In this document: one piece after another, positions 10,556-19,490 of the stretch
Layout: each line of letters begins with the position of its first letter
Numbering within the stretch: position 1 is the first letter of the stretch
Assembly: GCA_038215705.1 (NCBI GenBank)
Contig: JBBQQQ010000003.1
Coordinates: 69,575-133,574, forward strand
From: Bacteroidia bacterium
Lineage (GTDB): Bacteria; Bacteroidota; Bacteroidia; AKYH767-A; OLB10
DNA length: 64,000 nt
Reading direction: 5' to 3'
Program-made: the position numbers and the translations under genes
The notes under the pieces: generated by a model
The model's database searches: none
Told to the model about the DNA's origin: nothing
Seen by the model: only the letters and a program-made list of their open reading frames with translations

Positions 10556-10567
10556 AAAATGCTTTGA

Positions 10568-12121
10568 TTATCGGTTCGATAAACTAATTACCGGTAAAAT
10601 CATTTCTTCGGGTGAAACACCACCATGCTGAAATGTATTTTTATAAAAGTTTACATAGTAATTATAGTTATTCGGATAAGCGAAAAATTTATCCTGTTTT
10701 GCAAACACAAATGTTGTGCTCAGGTTCGTTCGCGGGAGCATTGCATCGGAAGGATTTTTTATTTCAAATACATCCTTCTTGTCATAATTCAGATTTTTAC
10801 CCTGCTTGTACCGAAGATTGGTATTCGTATTTCTATCGCCAATGAGTTTTGAAGGTTCTTTCACCCTTATCGTGCCATGGTCGGTGCTGATTACGACTTT
10901 TACTTTTTTAGCTGTTATTTTACGAATGGCTTCCAGCAATGGTGAATGTTCAAACCACGAAACTGTAAGTGAACGGTAGGCTGATTCATCATCTGCCAGC
11001 TCACGTATCACCTGCATATCAGTTCGGGCATGTGAAAGCATGTCCACAAAATTATAAACAATAATGTTGAATTTATTCTGGAACATGTTGGCAATATTAT
11101 CAACCAGCATTTTTCCTGCTTCAAAATTGGTGATCTTGGTATATGAAAATTTCAGTTGCTTTCGCAGACGTTGTACCTGGTCGCCAAAAAAATCTTCTTC
11201 ATGCATGTTTTTTCCTCCTTCGTCTTCATCATTAAACCAGAGTTTCGGAAATCGCTTTTCGATGTCGGATGGCATCATGCCGGCGAAAATTGCATTACGT
11301 GAATATTGTGTTGCTGTTGGAAGAATACTGAAATATGCATCTTCTTCTATCACCTGTAATTCCTCACTCAGAATCGGAGCAATCACTTTCCACTGATCGA
11401 AACGAAGATTGTCGATGAGAATAAAAAATACGGGATCTTCTGTTGCTTCTATAACGGGGAAAATTTTCTTTCTGAAAAGAGTATGCGACATTACCGGTGC
11501 TTTATCATCCTGCTTCAGCCAGTTGATATAATTATTTTCAATGAACTTGCTGAACTGAACATTTGCCTCATCTTTCTGCATCGTGAGGATTTCGTACATG
11601 CCTTCATCTTTGGATTTCTCGAGTTCCAGTTCCCAAAAAATTAATTTCTTGTAAACATCAACCCATGCTTTATAATCAAGTTTATCATTCAGCGTCATTC
11701 CAATATTCCGGAATTCCTGCTGGTAAACAGAAGTGGCTTTTTCACTAACCAGCCGCTTGGTATCAAGATTCTTTTTTATTGAAAGCAGAATCTGGTTCGG
11801 ATTAACGGGCTTGATCAGGTAATCGGCAATCTTTGATCCGATTGCATCTTCCATAATATATTCCTCTTCGCTTTTGGTTATCATCACAACCGGAATCTCG
11901 GCATTCTTATTTTTAAGGCGAACGAGCGTTTCCAAACCTGAAAGTCCGGGCATATTCTCATCGAGAAAAACTATATCATACCGTTGCTTATTGAATAAAT
12001 CAAGCGCATCATGTCCATTGGTGGCTGTGGTAACGTCAAAACCTTTCTCTTGCAAAAAAAGCACATGCGGTTTCAGAAGATCAATCTCATCGTCGGCCCA
12101 AAGAATGCTTAATTTATTCAT
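10568..12121 (-). CDS. porX: Response regulator with C-terminal PglZ/alkaline-phosphatase-like domain (PorX-like T9SS regulator)
   Basis: 517 aa. N-terminal receiver domain (DDE...D58-like VFLDENMPGLSGLE...K) followed by a roughly 380-aa PglZ-type domain. Size and architecture match P. gingivalis PorX. Confidence 0.75.
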   Translation of the reverse strand: MNKLSILWADDEIDLLKPHVLFLQEKGFDVTTATNGHDALDLFNKQRYDIVFLDENMPGLSGLETLVRLKNKNAEIPVVMITKSEEEYIMEDAIGSKIADYLIKPVNPNQILLSIKKNLDTKRLVSEKATSVYQQEFRNIGMTLNDKLDYKAWVDVYKKLIFWELELEKSKDEGMYEILTMQKDEANVQFSKFIENNYINWLKQDDKAPVMSHTLFRKKIFPVIEATEDPVFFILIDNLRFDQWKVIAPILSEELQVIEEDAYFSILPTATQYSRNAIFAGMMPSDIEKRFPKLWFNDEDEGGKNMHEEDFFGDQVQRLRKQLKFSYTKITNFEAGKMLVDNIANMFQNKFNIIVYNFVDMLSHARTDMQVIRELADDESAYRSLTVSWFEHSPLLEAIRKITAKKVKVVISTDHGTIRVKEPSKLIGDRNTNTNLRYKQGKNLNYDKKDVFEIKNPSDAMLPRTNLSTTFVFAKQDKFFAYPNNYNYYVNFYKNTFQHGGVSPEEMILPVISLSNR

Positions 12122-12198
12122 AAATAACCTAATTTTACGGAGTTTAGAAGAATTTAAAGTTACACATTATAATCGAACCTGAGGCTTAAAGTATTGCT

Positions 12199-13425
12199 TT
12201 GAACAAGAAAAAAATAATCAACGATCCGGTTTACGGGTTCATTACCATTCCTTTTGAAATTGTTCATGATATAATTGAACATCCCTGGTTTCAACGGTTA
12301 ACAAGAATTCGCCAATTAGGTTTAACCTATCTTGTTTACCCCGGTGCATTGCATACCCGATTTCATCATACGCTTGGCGCGATGCATTTGATGACAAACG
12401 CCATTGAAACACTTCGCTCAAAAGGACATTCCATTTCCGATAAGGAAGCCGAGGCAGCCTGCCTGGCTATACTTATGCACGATATCGGTCATGGTCCTTT
12501 TTCACATGCACTGGAAAAATTGCTTGTTAAGGATGTCTCGCACGAGTATATCTCTGAAATTGTGATGGAACGCTTTAATAAAATTTTCGAAGGCCGGTTT
12601 GAAGAAGCTATATCCGTTTTTAATAATACCCATCCTAAAAAATTTCTTCACCAATTGGTTTCCAGCCAGTTGGATGTTGACCGGCTGGATTATCTGAACC
12701 GTGACAGTTTTTTTACAGGCGTTTCAGAAGGAGTTATCAGCTCTGACCGCATCATTAAAATGCTTGAAATTGCGAACGGTAACCTGGCAATCGAAGAAAA
12801 AGGGATTTATTCTGTCGAGAAGTTTATCACCGCCCGCCGGCTCATGTACTGGCAGGTTTACCTGCATAAAACCGTTCTTGCAGCCGAATACATGCTTATA
12901 AATATTATTGTTAGAGCAAAAGAACTGGCAGCATCAGGACACCAATTGTTCGGCACCCCTTCGTTGCTGATTTTTCTGAACTCCGATCATTCTAAAGAAT
13001 CTTTCCGCACAAACCCTGATTTGCTGGAGCGTTTTGTTGAAGTAGATGACTTCGATGTGTTTACATCTATAAAAGTCTGGTGCAACCATCCCGACAAGGT
13101 TCTGGCAACCCTGTGCAGGAGCCTGGTAAATAGAAAATTGTTTAAGATCGAGATTGGAAAGACTCCTTTTTCGAAGCAGGTGATCGCCGAAAGGCAGGCC
13201 CAACTCGCCGATTACCTGGGAATTTCCTTCCGGGAGGCTGCCTTTTTTGTTTTCTCGCATTCCATTGAAAACAATGCTTACGATCAGGAAGATGACAAGA
13301 TCAACATTCTCTTCAAAACAGGCCAGGTGATTGATATTGCAGAGGCTTCCGATAATTTTAACATATCCGCGCTTACCCGCACCGTTACCAAACATTTTTT
13401 CTGTTCATATCGGATACAGGGTTAA
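12199..13425 (+). CDS. HD-domain phosphohydrolase
   Basis: 408 aa. HD motif H..HHTLGAMHL..HDIGHGPFSH. Sits in the conserved Bacteroidota position upstream of lpxD. Confidence 0.8.
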   Translation: MNKKKIINDPVYGFITIPFEIVHDIIEHPWFQRLTRIRQLGLTYLVYPGALHTRFHHTLGAMHLMTNAIETLRSKGHSISDKEAEAACLAILMHDIGHGPFSHALEKLLVKDVSHEYISEIVMERFNKIFEGRFEEAISVFNNTHPKKFLHQLVSSQLDVDRLDYLNRDSFFTGVSEGVISSDRIIKMLEIANGNLAIEEKGIYSVEKFITARRLMYWQVYLHKTVLAAEYMLINIIVRAKELAASGHQLFGTPSLLIFLNSDHSKESFRTNPDLLERFVEVDDFDVFTSIKVWCNHPDKVLATLCRSLVNRKLFKIEIGKTPFSKQVIAERQAQLADYLGISFREAAFFVFSHSIENNAYDQEDDKINILFKTGQVIDIAEASDNFNISALTRTVTKHFFCSYRIQG

Positions 13426-13517
13426 TTTCCCTGTTTTATGGCAGATTGATGCATTCTTTTTACCTTTGTGACTCGGTACAAATAAACCCTGTTTAAATTG
13501 CAGGTAATCACTTTCAA

Positions 13518-14558
13518 ATGGAGTTTACAGCCCAGCAAATCAGCAACTTACTTCAGGGAACCATTGATGGCGATTCAAATGTGGCCGTAAAAAGCCTGTC
13601 TAAAATTGAAGACGGAATTCCAGGTTCACTTTCTTTCCTGGCCAATCCTAAATATACCGAATTTATTTATTCTACTGCAGCTTCCATTGTTATTGTTTCC
13701 AACGATTTCGTTGCTGAACACCCTGTGACTGCTACCCTCATCCGCGTAAGCGACCCCTATGCAAGCTTTGCAAAACTGCTTGAAATGTACAACCAGGTGG
13801 TTCGTGACAAGAAGGGAATTGAGCAACCCTGTTACATTTCCGACAGTGCTGAAATAGGTTCCGATTGCTATGTTGGTGCTTTTGCCTACCTGGGTAATAA
13901 AGTTACCATTGGCAACAGGGCAAAGATTTATCCAAATGTTTATATTGGAGATAATGTTACTATTGGAGATGACACCACGCTTTTTGCAGGAGTGAAAATT
14001 TATTCCGATTGTGTGATTGGTAAATCATGTACGCTTCATGCGGGTGTAATAATAGGAGCCGATGGTTTTGGATTTGCGCCTGCTTCCGGTTCGTATAATA
14101 AAGTTGCACAAATCGGAAATGTAATTATTGAAGATCATGTTGAGATTGGTGCCGGAACAACTATCGATCGTGCAACACTGGGTTCGACTTTCATCCGTAA
14201 AGGCGTAAAACTGGATAACCTTATTCAGATTGCACATAATGTTGACATTGGAGAAAATACCGTGATCGCCGCGCAAACCGGAATAGCAGGATCTACAAAA
14301 ATTGGTAAAGATTGTATGATTGGCGGGCAAGTGGGAATAGTGGGTCACCTTTCAATAGCCGATAACACAAAAATTGCCGCTCAGTCGGGAGTTGGTTCCA
14401 GCATTACCGAGCCGGGACAAATTTTGCAGGGATCACCTGCTTTCCCGATAAGTGATTATCGCCGCACATATGTTGTATTCAGAAAACTACCCGATTTAGA
14501 TAAAAAAATACAGGAACTTGAAAAGGCGCTTGCAGAATTGAAGCAAACTATTTCCTGA
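13518..14558 (+). CDS. lpxD: UDP-3-O-(3-hydroxyacyl)glucosamine N-acyltransferase
   Basis: 346 aa. Left-handed beta-helix hexapeptide repeats, an LpxD N-terminal domain and a C-terminal coiled helix. Confidence 0.9.
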   Translation: MEFTAQQISNLLQGTIDGDSNVAVKSLSKIEDGIPGSLSFLANPKYTEFIYSTAASIVIVSNDFVAEHPVTATLIRVSDPYASFAKLLEMYNQVVRDKKGIEQPCYISDSAEIGSDCYVGAFAYLGNKVTIGNRAKIYPNVYIGDNVTIGDDTTLFAGVKIYSDCVIGKSCTLHAGVIIGADGFGFAPASGSYNKVAQIGNVIIEDHVEIGAGTTIDRATLGSTFIRKGVKLDNLIQIAHNVDIGENTVIAAQTGIAGSTKIGKDCMIGGQVGIVGHLSIADNTKIAAQSGVGSSITEPGQILQGSPAFPISDYRRTYVVFRKLPDLDKKIQELEKALAELKQTIS

Positions 14559-14567
14559 AAAATTAAG

Positions 14568-15959
14568 ATGATCCGACAAACTACAATTAAAAATCCGGTT
14601 ACCATTTCAGGCGTAGGTTTGCATACCGGTAAGCATGTAAACCTTACTTTCCGGCCGGCTCCTGCAAACCACGGTTACAAATTCAGAAGAATTGATTTAT
14701 CGGGTCAACCTTTGATCGATGCCGACGTGGATAACGTTGTTGATACCTCACGGGGTACAACACTCAGTCAGAACGGAGCAAAAATCAGCACCACAGAACA
14801 TGCGCTGGCTGCACTTGTTGGCACCGAAGTAGATAATGTGATCATTGATGTTGATGGTCCTGAAGTGCCTATTATGGATGGAAGCTCCAAGCCCTACCTG
14901 GAAGCCATCCGTAAAGCAGGAATTGTTGAACAGGAAGCAGAGCGGATTTATTTTGAACTGAAAGAAATTATAACATTCGAAGAGCCTTCACGCAAAGTTG
15001 AAATGCTTGCTGTTCCAAGTGCCGATTACAGGATTACAGTTATGGTGGATTACAATTCACCGGTATTAGGAACACAGCATGCGCAGATGCATCTCATCTC
15101 TGAGTTCCAGGATGAAATATCACCCTGTCGCACCTTTTGTTTTTTACACGAACTGGAAATGCTTGTTAAACACAACCTGATTAAAGGGGGTGATCTCGAC
15201 AATGCAATTGTAGTTGTCGACCGCCCTGTATCACAACAAAAACTTGATGAACTGGCAACACTTTTCAATAAGCCCCAGGTTGAGATAAAGGAAAAAGGAA
15301 TTTTAAATAATGTGCAGTTACATTTTCAGAATGAACCGGCGCGTCATAAGCTGCTCGATATTGTAGGTGATCTTGCCCTTATCGGGATGCCAATTAAAGC
15401 GCACATTCTTGCCGCTCGTCCGGGTCATGCTGCCAATGTTGAATTTGCACGAAAAATAAAACAGTTGATCAAAAAAGAAAAAGTCAAATCCCCTGCCCCG
15501 GTTTTTGATTTATTGGCACCACCTGTTTTTGATATTAACCGGATCTCCAAATTTCTTCCACACCGGTATCCGTTCCTGTTAATTGATAAAATAATTGAGC
15601 TTTCGGAGACCAAAGTTACAGGAGTGAAAAATGTTACCATGAATGAATGGTTTTTCCAGGGACACTTTCCCGAAAATCCTGTTATGCCCGGAGTACTTAT
15701 GATTGAAGCAATGGCACAAACCGGCGGTATTCTCGTTCTGAATACGGTTGAAGATCCTGAAAATTACTGGACTTATTTTCTTCGTATAGACAAAGCCCGT
15801 TTTAAACAAAAAGTTATGCCGGGCGATACGCTTGTTTTTGATCTCCAGCTTGCCTCGCCTATACGCAGAGGGATTTGCCACATGTCGGGGAAAGCGTATG
15901 TAGGTGATAAAGTTGTGATGGAAGCCGAAATGATGGCACAAATCGTTAAAAAGAACTGA
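14568..15959 (+). CDS. lpxC/fabZ: Bifunctional UDP-3-O-acyl-GlcNAc deacetylase / 3-hydroxyacyl-ACP dehydratase
   Basis: 463 aa. An LpxC domain (TLSQNGAKISTTEH, HKLLDIVGDL) is fused to a FabZ hot-dog domain (LIDKIIE..PGVLMIEAMAQ). This fusion is typical of Bacteroidota. Confidence 0.9.
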   Translation: MIRQTTIKNPVTISGVGLHTGKHVNLTFRPAPANHGYKFRRIDLSGQPLIDADVDNVVDTSRGTTLSQNGAKISTTEHALAALVGTEVDNVIIDVDGPEVPIMDGSSKPYLEAIRKAGIVEQEAERIYFELKEIITFEEPSRKVEMLAVPSADYRITVMVDYNSPVLGTQHAQMHLISEFQDEISPCRTFCFLHELEMLVKHNLIKGGDLDNAIVVVDRPVSQQKLDELATLFNKPQVEIKEKGILNNVQLHFQNEPARHKLLDIVGDLALIGMPIKAHILAARPGHAANVEFARKIKQLIKKEKVKSPAPVFDLLAPPVFDINRISKFLPHRYPFLLIDKIIELSETKVTGVKNVTMNEWFFQGHFPENPVMPGVLMIEAMAQTGGILVLNTVEDPENYWTYFLRIDKARFKQKVMPGDTLVFDLQLASPIRRGICHMSGKAYVGDKVVMEAEMMAQIVKKN

Positions 15960-16753
15960 TGATGATTTCACCTTTAAGTAACATTCATCCGGATGCAAAA
16001 CTGGGAAAGAATGTTCATGTGGATGCTTTTACAACCATCCAGGAAGATGTGAGTATAGGTGATGATACATGGATAGGACCTAACGTTACTATTTTTAACG
16101 GTGCGCGTATAGGAAAAAACTGCAGAATTTTTCCGGGAGCAGTTATCGCAGCTATACCACAGGATCTTAAATATAAAGGTGAAAATACTACTGCTGAAAT
16201 CGGCGACAATTGTACCATAAGGGAAATGGTTACTGTGAATAAAGGTACATTGGCTCTTGGAAAAACTGCAATTGGAAATAACTGTCTGCTGATGGCCTAT
16301 GTGCACATTGCACATGATTGTTTGCTGGGTGACGGTGTAATACTTGCCAATTCAGTGAATCTTGCAGGGCATGTTACTATTGAGGATTTTGCAATTCTTG
16401 AAGGATATGTTGGCGTTTCACAGTTTATAAAAATCGGTGCTCACAGTTTTATAGCAGGTCAGACAGGAGTGCGGAAAAATGTTCCGCCGTATACCAAAGC
16501 AGCACGTGAGCCGCTTTCATTTGTTGGTGTAAACAGTGTTGGATTGAAACGAAGAGGATTTGAAACCAATACAATTAATCTCATACAGGATATTTACCGA
16601 ATTTTATATACTAAAGGATTCAGCACGCGGCATGCAATTGATATTATTGAAAAAGAAATACCATCCACACCTGTAAAAGACCAGATTATTGAATTTATCC
16701 GGTCATCTGATAAAGGAATTATGCGTGGGTATACCGGAGGAGATGATGAATGA
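15959..16753 (+). CDS. lpxA: Acyl-ACP--UDP-N-acetylglucosamine O-acyltransferase
   Basis: 264 aa of hexapeptide repeats. The start overlaps the lpxC/fabZ stop (ATGA). Confidence 0.9.
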   Translation: MMISPLSNIHPDAKLGKNVHVDAFTTIQEDVSIGDDTWIGPNVTIFNGARIGKNCRIFPGAVIAAIPQDLKYKGENTTAEIGDNCTIREMVTVNKGTLALGKTAIGNNCLLMAYVHIAHDCLLGDGVILANSVNLAGHVTIEDFAILEGYVGVSQFIKIGAHSFIAGQTGVRKNVPPYTKAAREPLSFVGVNSVGLKRRGFETNTINLIQDIYRILYTKGFSTRHAIDIIEKEIPSTPVKDQIIEFIRSSDKGIMRGYTGGDDE

Positions 16754-17390
16754 AATCCAGAATGGATTTAAAAACATTCATCTGTCTGACATTGGTAAGA
16801 AGTTCAGAGACCAATGGATTTTCAGAAAAGTAAATCTTGATATTCACAGCGGAGAAAAAATTGCCATAACCGGCCAAAACGGTTCCGGTAAATCTACCTT
16901 TTTACAACTGCTGGCTGGTTATATCAGTCAGAGTGAAGGTAAAATTTCCTGGCAAGGCAACTCTGCCGTTATTCCCGTTGAAGACTTTCACAAGTATATT
17001 TCATTTGCATCACCCTACCTGGAACTGATTGAGGAATTCACACTTGAAGAAAATTTAGTTTTCTATTCACGTTACAAAAAATTGCAGGCGGGCCTGACTA
17101 TTCCAATGATCATTGAAAAATCGGGGTTGGCGGGCGCTACAGATAAGCTGATCAAAAATTTTTCATCGGGAATGAAACAACGCTGCAAGCTTGCAATGGC
17201 ATTCATGGCTGACACTCCTGTGCTGTTGCTCGATGAACCCCTTTCGAACCTTGACAGCGGAGGCTATGAATGGTACAACAACCTGGTAGGCGGCCTTACG
17301 GGAAACAGAACGGTAATAATATGCAGCAACCAGGTGCGTGAAGAAACCTTTTTCTGCGACCGGGTTATCAGCATTGAAAATTTCCGGTAA
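16743..17390 (+). CDS. ABC transporter ATP-binding protein
   Basis: Walker A GQNGSGKST, signature FSSGMKQR and Walker B LLLDEP. The ORF opens at 16689; the likely start is the ATG at 16743/16746, overlapping the lpxA stop. Confidence 0.8.
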   Translation: MMNEIQNGFKNIHLSDIGKKFRDQWIFRKVNLDIHSGEKIAITGQNGSGKSTFLQLLAGYISQSEGKISWQGNSAVIPVEDFHKYISFASPYLELIEEFTLEENLVFYSRYKKLQAGLTIPMIIEKSGLAGATDKLIKNFSSGMKQRCKLAMAFMADTPVLLLDEPLSNLDSGGYEWYNNLVGGLTGNRTVIICSNQVREETFFCDRVISIENFR

Positions 17391-17476
17391 GTAATCCTGT
17401 ATTCAAGTTCGTTAAAGTGAAACCTTCTTTGACAGGAATCGTATTTTAATATACACGATCTAAAAAGTCAAAGCAC

Positions 17477-17689
17477 ATGGGAGCATCAATACGCGAATGG
17501 CAGAAATCAACAAATGAAATAACTCCTCATCAACCCGAGCCGGTAATAACCTACGACCACATGTCGGATTCAAATCACCATTTATATATCAGTGCAAGGG
17601 AAAAGGTTCCTTATATGTATGTGATACTGGATAGCATTATCCTCCTTACACTCCTAACGGCACTGCTATATGTATCGCTTCTTCCCTGA
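17477..17689 (+). CDS. Hypothetical small protein with C-terminal TM helix
   Basis: 70-aa ORF only. No recognisable family. Confidence 0.2.
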   Translation: MGASIREWQKSTNEITPHQPEPVITYDHMSDSNHHLYISAREKVPYMYVILDSIILLTLLTALLYVSLLP

Positions 17690-17696
17690 TCCTTTT

Positions 17697-17790
17697 CCTC
17701 TCATTCTCATTCTCATACACTTTTCCCCAAACTCTTCCCTTTGACACACGTCCATTCCTTATCTTCTACCCTTATGATTTATGATCTATA
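17697..17790. repeat. Heptanucleotide repeat element (CATTCTC units) with TTATGATTTATGATC flank
   Basis: CTCATTCTCATTCTCAT followed by CCTTATGATTTATGATC. Related to the element at 8701-8882. Confidence 0.7.
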
Positions 17791-17803
17791 ATTTATTCCA
17801 ATC

Positions 17804-18226
17804 TCACGCAGGAATAGCATCCTTACTTTTGAATGTTTCAAATTCGCTTTTCAGCTCATTAAAAATTTTGTCGTAATCATTTAACCGGATCTGGTAGGCA
17901 TTCCGCATCATAAGCAGGTAATCCGATACTTTTCCGTCACCACGTTGGGCATGTTCCACCTGGTTTTCGAATTGTTTAAAATCGTGTCTCATAATATCCA
18001 GGACATCCTTTTGCAAAATAATCTGATTCTGGAAATGCTCCGAGCTGGCAGGAACATCGCGCGGAGAATATTTAGCAACGATAATTCCAAGTTCATCCTT
18101 CATAGATTTTAATTCACCCTTAAAATAAAGAATTTGTTTTTGCCAGCCTTCATGCTCTGCAAGCAGGTCTGTCAGTTGTTCCTGTTTTTCCATAGATTGA
18201 ATTTTATTTAGAATTAGTATGATCAC
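17804..18226 (-). CDS. Hypothetical coiled-coil protein
   Basis: 140-aa ORF with charged, heptad-like composition. The start could instead be the internal Met at 18193. No family recognised. Confidence 0.45.
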   Translation of the reverse strand: MIILILNKIQSMEKQEQLTDLLAEHEGWQKQILYFKGELKSMKDELGIIVAKYSPRDVPASSEHFQNQIILQKDVLDIMRHDFKQFENQVEHAQRGDGKVSDYLLMMRNAYQIRLNDYDKIFNELKSEFETFKSKDAIPA

Positions 18227-18639
18227 TCTTATTAATTCACCGACCTTGACATTCCGTTATCGAAAAAGCTGTCATAGCTAAAAAGCGAGTCACTCGTTTG
18301 CACTGTAAATATAAAATAAAATATTAAAAATTAAAATTCTTTCACCCATTCAATTTATAAACAGGCCAAAAACTGACAGGGAATTTGCAGAGTTACGGCA
18401 GATTAAAACTTTTTAAAGCAAAAACAGGCGGTAAAACCTGAATTTCATTCATGCCGGATTATTGACCCCTTTAGTCGCCAACCCAGCAACAACCGGCCTT
18501 CCGGCCTATGGGAGTCATTACAAGGTGCTTTATTCCTGCTCATTTTCATAAAAAACTTACATCCGAAACCTTACTGCTGATATTGAAATTTATTACCCTG
18601 GCCCGGGGGGTATTTTTGGATAACATTAAAAACAGCGTT

Positions 18640-19083
18640 ATGGGAAATTTTATTAAACCTGTAGTATTGGCGTGTTGTATTGGTTTATTTGCAAGCCTTT
18701 CCGCCACGGCACAACAGGTAGAACAATCGAGAAAATACAGGGTGGTTGCTTATAAAAATGGCAATCCTTCAGTGACCTCCACATCCAACACAACCGAGGT
18801 GATTCCTTATATGAGTATATACATTCCAAACTCCTTCACTCCTAACGGCGACGGTATGAACGATACGTTTGGAGCACATGGTGAAGCTATAAAAGAATTT
18901 CGCATGCAGGTATTTAACCGCTGGGGCGAGATGATATTTGAATCGGATAATTATGCCCAGCGATGGGATGGAACTTATGATGGCGTGAAGGCACCTCAGG
19001 GTACATACGTTTATAAAGTTACCGCTTCGGGCATCACCGGGAAACGGGCCTCAAAAAACGGAACAGTGCATTTAATTTATTGA
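18640..19083 (+). CDS. Small secreted protein consisting of signal peptide plus T9SS type-B (gliding-motility CHU_C) C-terminal sorting domain
   Basis: Start chosen at MGNFIKPVVLACCIGLFASLSATAQQ (signal peptide). The C-terminal about 90 aa, NSFTPNGDGMNDTF...FNRWGEMIFES..WDGTYDG..QGTYVYKV, match the type-B CTD consensus. Confidence 0.7.
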   Translation: MGNFIKPVVLACCIGLFASLSATAQQVEQSRKYRVVAYKNGNPSVTSTSNTTEVIPYMSIYIPNSFTPNGDGMNDTFGAHGEAIKEFRMQVFNRWGEMIFESDNYAQRWDGTYDGVKAPQGTYVYKVTASGITGKRASKNGTVHLIY

Positions 19084-19210
19084 CCACATTTCGTTTTTTA
19101 GTATGGCAATAATTATTTTTTGAGCTGATTTAATACCTCCACTACGGGAGTATAATTCCCCGGTTATGGCAAATAAAACATCAAAAAATTTTCATTAAAG
19201 TTCCATGCCA

Positions 19211-19286
19211 TTTTTTGGGTGAACTTTCGTACAATTGGGTGAATGTTTCAAATTTTTGGGTGAAAGTGGCCTTTTTTTGGGCAAAA
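19211..19286 (+). promoter_or_regulatory. Four phased direct repeats TTGGGTGAA (last copy TTGGGCAAA), spacing about 20-21 nt
   Basis: Read directly from the sequence: TTTTTTGGGTGAA..ATTGGGTGAA..TTTTTGGGTGAA..TTTTTTTGGGCAAAA, 200-280 nt upstream of the 1533-aa cargo gene. Confidence 0.4.
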
Positions 19287-19355
19287 AACAGTTATTAACA
19301 CTGTGTTAATAACTTTGAGCATTGATTTACAAATAGTTACCATTTAATAACCTTT

Positions 19356-19379
19356 AAACCCTTGTCAATTCAAGGGTTT
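19356..19379. promoter_or_regulatory. Perfect 9-bp inverted repeat AAACCCTTG-N6-CAAGGGTTT
   Basis: Palindrome 112 nt upstream of the 19491 start codon. A related copy sits upstream of the paralog at 25384. Confidence 0.4.
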
Positions 19380-19490
19380 ATATTATTTTCGGCCTCAATC
19401 CCACTAAAATAGCGGTTTAACACTTTTCGGGAATGGGGCTGCTAGCAGAAATGGGTATTAGAAAACCAATTCAAAAACCAATACAAAAAA

